A DNA stretch of 3,334 nt from Escherichia coli (GTDB taxonomy: Bacteria > Pseudomonadota > Gammaproteobacteria > Enterobacterales > Enterobacteriaceae). A program made the position numbers and the translations under genes. Every line of letters begins with the position of its first letter. The stretch's first letter is position 1. Below, one piece after another: positions 1-3,334 of this stretch. The stretch lies in the NCBI RefSeq assembly GCF_003334785.1, contig NZ_QOWV01000051.1; one strand, given 5' to 3'. Under the pieces are notes generated by a model. The model did not search any database and was not told where the DNA came from. It worked only from the letters and a program-made list of their open reading frames with translations.

Positions 1-60
1 TGTCCGAAAATGTGTCTCATGGGCACCGTATGCGCCCAAACCGATCGCCATTCACTTTCA

Positions 61-74
61 TGCATAGCTATGCA
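61..74. promoter_or_regulatory. Perfect 14-bp palindrome TGCATAGCTATGCA, candidate ARG-box-like accessory-factor site of the cer-like region
   Basis: Seen in sequence: perfect palindrome about 105 bp upstream of the putative XerC arm. Position and partial match to the degenerate ArgR box pattern are consistent with ColE1 cer architecture (established knowledge), but the match is loose. Duplicated at 3318..3331 because of the circular overlap. Confidence 0.3.
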
Positions 75-174
75 GTGAGCTGAAAGCGATCCTGACGCAT
101 TTTTCCGGTTTTCGCTTGGTAAAACATCTCTTTTTGCGGTGTTCGCGGCAGAATCGCGTTCAGCGCGTTTTAGC

Positions 175-203
175 GGTGCGCGTAATGCGACGTTATGGTA
201 AAT
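175..203 (+). other. cer-like XerC/XerD site-specific recombination core (plasmid multimer resolution site)
   Basis: Seen in sequence: GGTGCGCGTAA-TGCGACG-TTATGGTAAAT. Right arm is identical to the ColE1 cer XerD arm as I recall it; left arm is one mismatch from the dif XerC arm GGTGCGCATAA. Central region is 7 bp (cer has 8, dif/psi 6). Accessory sequence would extend upstream across the wrap point. Confidence 0.5.
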
Positions 204-351
204 GCTGTGATTTACGGGATGGTTTTATCTATGTTGATATCAATACCACCTCTTATGGAGGTGGCTTACACCGATTTTTCCTTGTTGTCTGTTTCAGAAC
301 AGATAGAGGCTTTTTTGGCAATTATCCAACCACTATTGATAGTGTTTATTA

Positions 352-504
352 CTACTTAGATAACTGAGCCTTTACTGTATCTGCCCCTGCAAGCAGGAAC
401 CCAACAGTTAAGAACCACCCCCAGCCATTGATACCTTTTAGCGCTAGAATTGCTGCGCAAATGATGGCTGCTATAGGGACTATCTGGTACAGAAAATACT
501 TCAT
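352..504 (-). CDS. Hypothetical small hydrophobic protein (50 aa), possible membrane peptide
   Basis: Hand-translated ORF absent from the supplied track: ATG at 504..502 (- strand), stop TAG at 354..352. Product MKYFLYQIVPIAAIICAAILALKGINGWGWFLTVGFLLAGADTVKAQLSK has two hydrophobic segments. Weak SD-like GGGGT 7 nt upstream of the ATG; possible promoter GTGACA(561..556)-17-TCTCAT(538..533). Contains rare ATA and CTA codons. No recognisable family. Confidence 0.3.
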   Translation of the reverse strand: MKYFLYQIVPIAAIICAAILALKGINGWGWFLTVGFLLAGADTVKAQLSK

Positions 505-582
505 ATAACTTACCCCGAGGTTTTGCTTTTTTATGAGACCCTAAAGCATCGATACTGTCACTTTGATGCTTTAAGGACCTTC

Positions 583-864
583 TTAGTGATAATCCTCGAG
601 ATCCACGTCAAAGACGTTAGGTTCTTCGAGCTTAAACACTACGCGCCAGTTTCCATTGACCTCTAACGAATACTCTCCTTGACGGTCTCCCTTCAATGGA
701 TGGCAGCGCAATGCCTTTAAATCCATCATATCCTGCAAGTTCGTCGCTGTGCTTAAGGCTGTTAGGATCAGCTTCAGACGTTGAGTAAACTGTTGCGGAA
801 TTCCTGCGTTGTTACCTGTTTCGGCAAACTTACGCAAACCTTTATGCTTGATATTTATGATCAT
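583..864 (-). CDS. higB: HigB-family toxin (plasmid maintenance system killer protein, RelE/ParE superfamily mRNA interferase)
   Basis: 93-aa ORF from the track. Motifs IKHKGL..F...G....GIP, HPLKGDR.G..S..VNGNWR and C-terminal DVD.EDYH match my recollection of the HigB/killer-protein family. ATG at 864..862 with GGTG SD-like sequence 4 nt upstream; stop TAA at 585..583. Confidence 0.85.
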   Translation of the reverse strand: MIINIKHKGLRKFAETGNNAGIPQQFTQRLKLILTALSTATNLQDMMDLKALRCHPLKGDRQGEYSLEVNGNWRVVFKLEEPNVFDVDLEDYH

Positions 865-1001
865 TAATCACCATCCCATATTTGTTTAGATAGAAACATC
901 GCAGTTTATTTTTCCGGTTCATCCGTATTTCCATTGCAAACCCCTTGCTCTATTTGAATAAATGACGTAGGTTTTACTTAACCAAGTCGCATTTTAATCT
1001 G

Positions 1002-1029
1002 TTGACATTGGTTTGATGCGCTGTACAAT
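1002..1029 (+). promoter_or_regulatory. Near-consensus sigma70 promoter, rightward, presumably driving higA with a roughly 170-nt leader
   Basis: Seen in sequence: -35 TTGACA (1002..1007), 16-bp spacer, -10 TACAAT (1024..1029). Predicted start near 1036. Confidence 0.5.
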
Positions 1030-1094
1030 GCCGGGGCCTTGAATTTCACATCAAGTACCCACATCATAAGGAATGATTAGACGCACCAATGTGC

Positions 1095-1123
1095 ATCATA
1101 ATGTCATTCTTTTTTTTAGTCAA
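1095..1123 (-). promoter_or_regulatory. Near-consensus sigma70 promoter, leftward, candidate higB promoter with a roughly 220-nt leader
   Basis: Seen in sequence on the - strand: -35 TTGACT (1123..1118), 17-bp spacer, -10 TATGAT (1100..1095). Predicted start near 1087. No better promoter was found closer to the higB start codon. Confidence 0.45.
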
Positions 1124-1208
1124 CAATGAGTTGCGTTATGCGCAATGCGCAATCTGAAAACGCAATAGGCCTATCTTTTTAAAACTAATATAGGCTTCAG
1201 AGGAAGGT

Positions 1209-1505
1209 ATGATTAATCTTGTCGATCCAGTACATCCAGGGGTTTTTATCCGTGAGATGTTTATGGAACCGTTTGAAATATCAGCCGCGGACCTGTCTGA
1301 AAAACTGCATGTATCACCTTCCACTCTAAGTAGAGTGCTGAATGGAAAAGCTGATTTAAGTGTTGAGATGGCATTAAGGCTTTCTCGAGTTCTTGGTCGC
1401 AGTGCCGAGTCGTGGATAAACATGCAGACTCAATACAGTCTTAACGCGAGCAGGAAGTCACCTAATGTCATTAAGGAATTAGATGAATTGGTTCCTATAT
1501 TTTGA
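1209..1505 (+). CDS. higA: HigA-family antitoxin (XRE-type helix-turn-helix addiction module antidote protein)
   Basis: 98-aa ORF from the track. N-terminal VHPG..IRE.F.EP...S...L...L.VS...LSR.LNGK..LS.EMALRLS...G.S.ESW.N.Q..Y.L matches the HigA-family HTH pattern as I recall it. ATG at 1209 with GAGGAAGG SD immediately upstream; stop TGA 1503..1505 followed by a terminator hairpin. Confidence 0.85.
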   Translation: MINLVDPVHPGVFIREMFMEPFEISAADLSEKLHVSPSTLSRVLNGKADLSVEMALRLSRVLGRSAESWINMQTQYSLNASRKSPNVIKELDELVPIF

Positions 1506-1512
1506 GAAAAGA

Positions 1513-1537
1513 AAAGGCCGCTATATGCGGCCTTTTT
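1513..1537. terminator. Rho-independent terminator hairpin downstream of higA, flanked by A-run and T-run (bidirectional)
   Basis: Seen in sequence: stem AAGGCCGC (1513..1520) / GCGGCCTT (1527..1534), loop CTATAT, then TTT; preceded by GAAAAGAAA. Confidence 0.55.
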
Positions 1538-1542
1538 CTGTC

Positions 1543-1571
1543 TTGACTCTCAGGCAACTGGATCGTATCGT
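1543..1571 (+). promoter_or_regulatory. RNAII (preprimer) promoter of the ColE1-type replicon
   Basis: -35 TTGACT (1543..1548), 17-bp spacer, -10 TATCGT (1566..1571); start near 1578..1580. Placement matches the ColE1/p15A arrangement, where RNAII begins just outside the RNAI terminator. Confidence 0.55.
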
Positions 1572-1579
1572 TTCTCGTA

Positions 1580-1683
1580 AACGAAAAAACCACCCGGCAA
1601 GGTGGTTTTTTCGAAGGTTCAGTAACCGGCAAGTTTCTGAACCAGGGTAACTGGCTTGGAGGAGCGCAGTCACCAAAACTTGT
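1580..1683 (-). ncRNA. RNAI: RNAI antisense copy-control RNA of a ColE1/p15A-type replicon
   Basis: - strand reads ACAAGTTTTGGTGACTGCGCTCCTCCAAGCCAGTTACC...AAAAAACCACCTTGCCGGGTGGTTTTTTCGTTT, closely resembling p15A RNAI as remembered, ending in a terminator hairpin plus U-run. Ends are approximate to within a few nt. Confidence 0.7.
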
Positions 1684-1690
1684 TCTTTCA

Positions 1691-1719
1691 GTTTAGCCTT
1701 AACTGGCGCATAACTTCAA
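1691..1719 (-). promoter_or_regulatory. RNAI promoter
   Basis: - strand: -35 TTGAAG (1719..1714), 17-bp spacer, -10 CTAAAC (1696..1691), start at A (1683). Same layout as the pBR322/p15A RNAI promoter as recalled. Confidence 0.5.
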
Positions 1720-2084
1720 GACTAACTCCTCTAAATCAGTTACCAGTGGCTGCTGCCAATGGTGTTTTGCATGTCTTTCCGGGTTGGACTCAAGATGATA
1801 GTTACCGGATAAGGCGCAGCGGTCGGGCTGAACGGGGGGTTCGTGCACACAGCCCAGCTTGGAGCGAACGACCTACACTGAACCGAGATACCTACAGCGT
1901 GAGCTATGAGAAAGCGCCACGCTTCCCGAAGGGAGAAAGGCGGACAGGTATCCGGTAAGCGGCAGGGTCGGAACAGGAGAGCGCACGAGGGAGCCACCAG
2001 GGGGAAACGTCTGGTATCTTTAAGTCCTGTCGGGTTTCGCCACCTCTGACTTGAGCGTCGATTTCTGTGATGCTCGTCAGGGGG

Positions 2085-2110
2085 GCGGAGCCTATGGAAA
2101 AACGCCTGCG
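2085..2110 (+). other. Origin of replication (RNAII to DNA transition region), approximate
   Basis: GCCTATGGAAAAACGCCTGCGGCGCGG aligns with the pBR322 origin segment GCCTATGGAAAAACGCCAGCAACGCGG, where leading-strand synthesis begins. The exact switch nucleotide cannot be fixed from sequence. Confidence 0.5.
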
Positions 2111-2176
2111 GCGCGGCCTTCTTCCTGTTCTTGGTCTTTTGCTCACATGTTCTTTCCGGCCTTATCCCCTGATTCT

Positions 2177-2185
2177 GTGGATAAC
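2177..2185 (-). promoter_or_regulatory. DnaA box (TTATCCACA on the - strand) downstream of the origin
   Basis: + strand TGTGGATAA at 2177..2185 within CTGATTCTGTGGATAACCG, the same context as the DnaA box next to the pBR322 origin. Confidence 0.5.
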
Positions 2186-2289
2186 CGTGCTGCCGTTTTT
2201 GTGTAAGTCAGTACCGCTCGCCGCAGCCGAACGACCGAGCGTAGCGAGTCAGTGAGCGAGGAAGCGGAAAAGCGCCTGGACGCGCATTT

Positions 2290-2440
2290 TCTCCTTACGC
2301 ATCTGTGCGGAATTTCACACCCGGCATGGGGCACTTTTCATACAATCTGCACTGATGCCGCATAGTTAAGCCAGTATACACTCCGCTATCGCTACGTGAC
2401 TGGGTCAGGGCTTCGCCCCGACACCCGCTGACGCGCCCTG
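2290..2440. other. bom/oriT-like region (basis of mobility) homologous to the pBR322/ColE1 nic region; no mob genes present
   Basis: GATGCCGCATAGTTAAGCCAGTATACACTCCGCTATCGCTACGTGACTGGGTCA and flanks are near-identical to the pBR322 segment between ori and rop that carries bom/nic, as I remember it. Boundaries and exact nick position are uncertain. Confidence 0.45.
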
Positions 2441-2501
2441 GCGGGCTTGTCTGCTGCCGAAAACGCTCGCGGACAAGCCGTGAGCGCCTCCGTCAGCTTC
2501 G

Positions 2502-2696
2502 TTATGTTCCTGTTTCACTTTCGGTCTCAAAGCGAACCTGGATGCTGTTCTGGAGTTCTTCCGCGAGTTCGTGCAGTCGTTCGCACATGGCCGCCTGTTC
2601 GTCGGCATCCAGAGCATCCAGTTTTTCAAGCAGTGTCAGGCTCTGGCTTTTGATAAATCGCGCCATATTCAGCGCAGTTTGTTGCTGTTTGTTCAC
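2502..2696 (-). CDS. rop: Rop/Rom (RNA one modulator) copy-number control protein
   Basis: 64-aa ORF from the track. MNKQQQTALNMARFIKSQSLTLLEKLDALDADEQAAMCERLHELAEEL aligns with pBR322 Rop (MTKQEKTALNMARFIRSQTLTLLEKLNELDADEQADICESLHDHADEL). Start is GTG at 2696..2694, as in pBR322 rop. Convergent with RNAII, as in pBR322. Confidence 0.85.
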   Translation of the reverse strand: MNKQQQTALNMARFIKSQSLTLLEKLDALDADEQAAMCERLHELAEELQNSIQVRFETESETGT

Positions 2697-3053
2697 CTTC
2701 CGTTGTTCTCCGTCAGTACCGGGTGTCGGGTGGACCCTGACCAGGTGGTAATTGTAAGACGTTGCGGGCGACGGTATTACAATTGCACATCCTGTCCTGT
2801 TTTTTTAGGACGTATCATGGCACAGCATATCAACTGATAAATAATCCCTGTGCAGTGCAGCCGCTGTTGCATAAAATTTCGCTCTGCGTCGAGTGTTTCT
2901 TAATCAATAATTCCGCTGATACTCCGGAAAAACGCGAGTCTGTTCTCATGCCTGAAATGCCCACACCCCACGCAAAAACAATTTTTTGCTGATTTTTCTT
3001 TATAAATAGAGAGTTATGACAAATTAGTTCTTCTTGCTCTCTTTGTGATATTT

Positions 3054-3102
3054 AAAAAAGCGGTGTCGGCGCGGTGTTGTAGCTGCGCCAACACCGCTTT
3101 TT
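3054..3102. terminator. Long GC-rich hairpin flanked by A6 and T5: candidate bidirectional intrinsic terminator
   Basis: Seen in sequence: AAAAAAGCGGTGT (3054..3066) pairs with ACACCGCTTTTT (3091..3102); inner GGCGC (3068..3072) pairs with GCGCC (3085..3089). Could insulate the cer-like site from incoming transcription (inference). Confidence 0.5.
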
Positions 3103-3257
3103 AGGGGTGGTACTGACTATTTTCATAAAAAACATCATTTTATATTAGGGGTGCTGCTAGCGGCGCGGTGTGTTTTTTTACAGGACGCCCCTGGGGGCGC
3201 TGCTAGGGGTGTCTGTTCAGATATGTAGCAATGAGTCAGGGATTCACGAACTGAAAA

Positions 3258-3334
3258 TGTCCGAAAATGTGTCTCATGGGCACCGTATGCGCCCAAACCG
3301 ATCGCCATTCACTTTCATGCATAGCTATGCAGTG
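3258..3334. repeat. Terminal redundancy: exact 77-bp copy of positions 1..77, indicating a circular molecule of about 3257 bp
   Basis: Checked base by base: 3258..3334 equals 1..77. The window ends at 3334, so the match may simply be truncated there. Confidence 0.9.

Larger units (their letters stand above)
1579..2100 (+). ncRNA. RNAII: RNAII preprimer transcript of the ColE1-type origin, running up to the RNA-DNA switch region
   Basis: Long stretches match pBR322/p15A origin sequence from memory, e.g. GTTACCAGTGGCTGCTGCC, CGGGTTGGACTCAAGA.GATAGTTACCGGATAAGGCGCAGCGGTCGGGCTGAACGGGGGGTTCGTGCACACAGCCCAGCTTGGAGCGAACGACCTACAC and GGGGGGCGGAGCCTATGGAAAAACGCC. The 3' end is approximate. Confidence 0.7.

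Noticed and set aside
116-367. Track ORF of 83 aa on the + strand
   Set aside because: Begins at a TTG with no ribosome-binding site and lies across the cer-like recombination core and its downstream hairpin. The product is arginine/cysteine-rich with no recognisable family. Most likely non-coding.
1073-1129. 18-codon ORF (MIRRTNVHHNVILFFSQQ) in the higA leader
   Set aside because: The AGGA is too close to the ATG (1 to 2 nt) and the ORF crosses the stem-loop and T9 tract. It could be a leader peptide, but there is no supporting signal.
1136-1423. Track ORF of 95 aa on the - strand
   Set aside because: Fully antisense to the well-supported higA coding region and crosses the higA ribosome-binding site and operator-like repeats. 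Typical shadow ORF.
1656-2334. Five overlapping track ORFs (1656..1958 +, 1740..1997 -, 1904..2146 -, 2067..2255 +, 2143..2334 -)
   Set aside because: All lie within the ColE1-type origin and RNAII region, which is known to be non-coding. Several use non-ATG starts and the products are Arg/Pro-rich low-complexity sequence.
2405-2837. Track ORFs overlapping rop (2405..2629 -, 2447..2653 +, 2542..2751 +, 2571..2837 +)
   Set aside because: They overlap the rop reading frame, which has a clear homologue, in other frames or on the opposite strand, and lack ribosome-binding sites.
2762-2992. Track ORF of 76 aa on the + strand
   Set aside because: Starts at TTG with no Shine-Dalgarno sequence. The cysteine-rich product has no recognisable motif. 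The region reads better as non-coding spacer, though a small gene cannot be fully excluded.
3253-3270. Short tandem repeat GAAAATGT x2
   Set aside because: Only two copies of an 8-10 bp unit, within the cer accessory region. Too short to call a repeat element or CRISPR-like array.
1-3334. Search for transposase, integrase, mob/relaxase, Rep protein, CRISPR repeats, tRNA or rRNA
   Set aside because: No ORF long enough for such proteins; the largest real genes are under 100 codons. No regularly spaced repeats and no tRNA-like or rRNA-like structure were seen. Replication is RNA-primed ColE1-type, so no Rep gene is expected.

Overview
The window reads as one complete small circular plasmid of about 3257 bp, given with a 77-bp overlap: positions 3258..3334 are identical to 1..77. 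The replicon is ColE1-family theta type, recognised from memory of pBR322 and p15A sequence rather than by any search. It comprises an RNAII preprimer on the + strand, an antisense RNAI on the - strand, a DnaA box just past the origin, a pBR322-like bom/oriT segment, and rop (rom) on the - strand with a GTG start. A cer-like XerCD multimer-resolution core with an upstream ARG-box-like palindrome lies at the wrap point. The accessory cargo is a HigB-family toxin gene (583..864, -) and a HigA-family HTH antitoxin gene (1209..1505, +). Unusually, these are divergently oriented and 344 bp apart, not a co-directional higB-higA operon. That intergenic region holds two near-consensus sigma70 promoters placed face to face, so the predicted toxin and antitoxin leaders would overlap in antisense by about 50 nt. 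It also holds a stem-loop plus T9 tract and tandem TGCGCA palindromes. An unlisted 50-codon hydrophobic ORF (352..504, -) sits downstream of higB. A GC-rich repeat cluster with a long bidirectional terminator hairpin lies at 3054..3212. No mob genes, transposase, CRISPR array, tRNA or rRNA are present. All other ORFs in the supplied track overlap the origin, rop or the cer site and are judged spurious.
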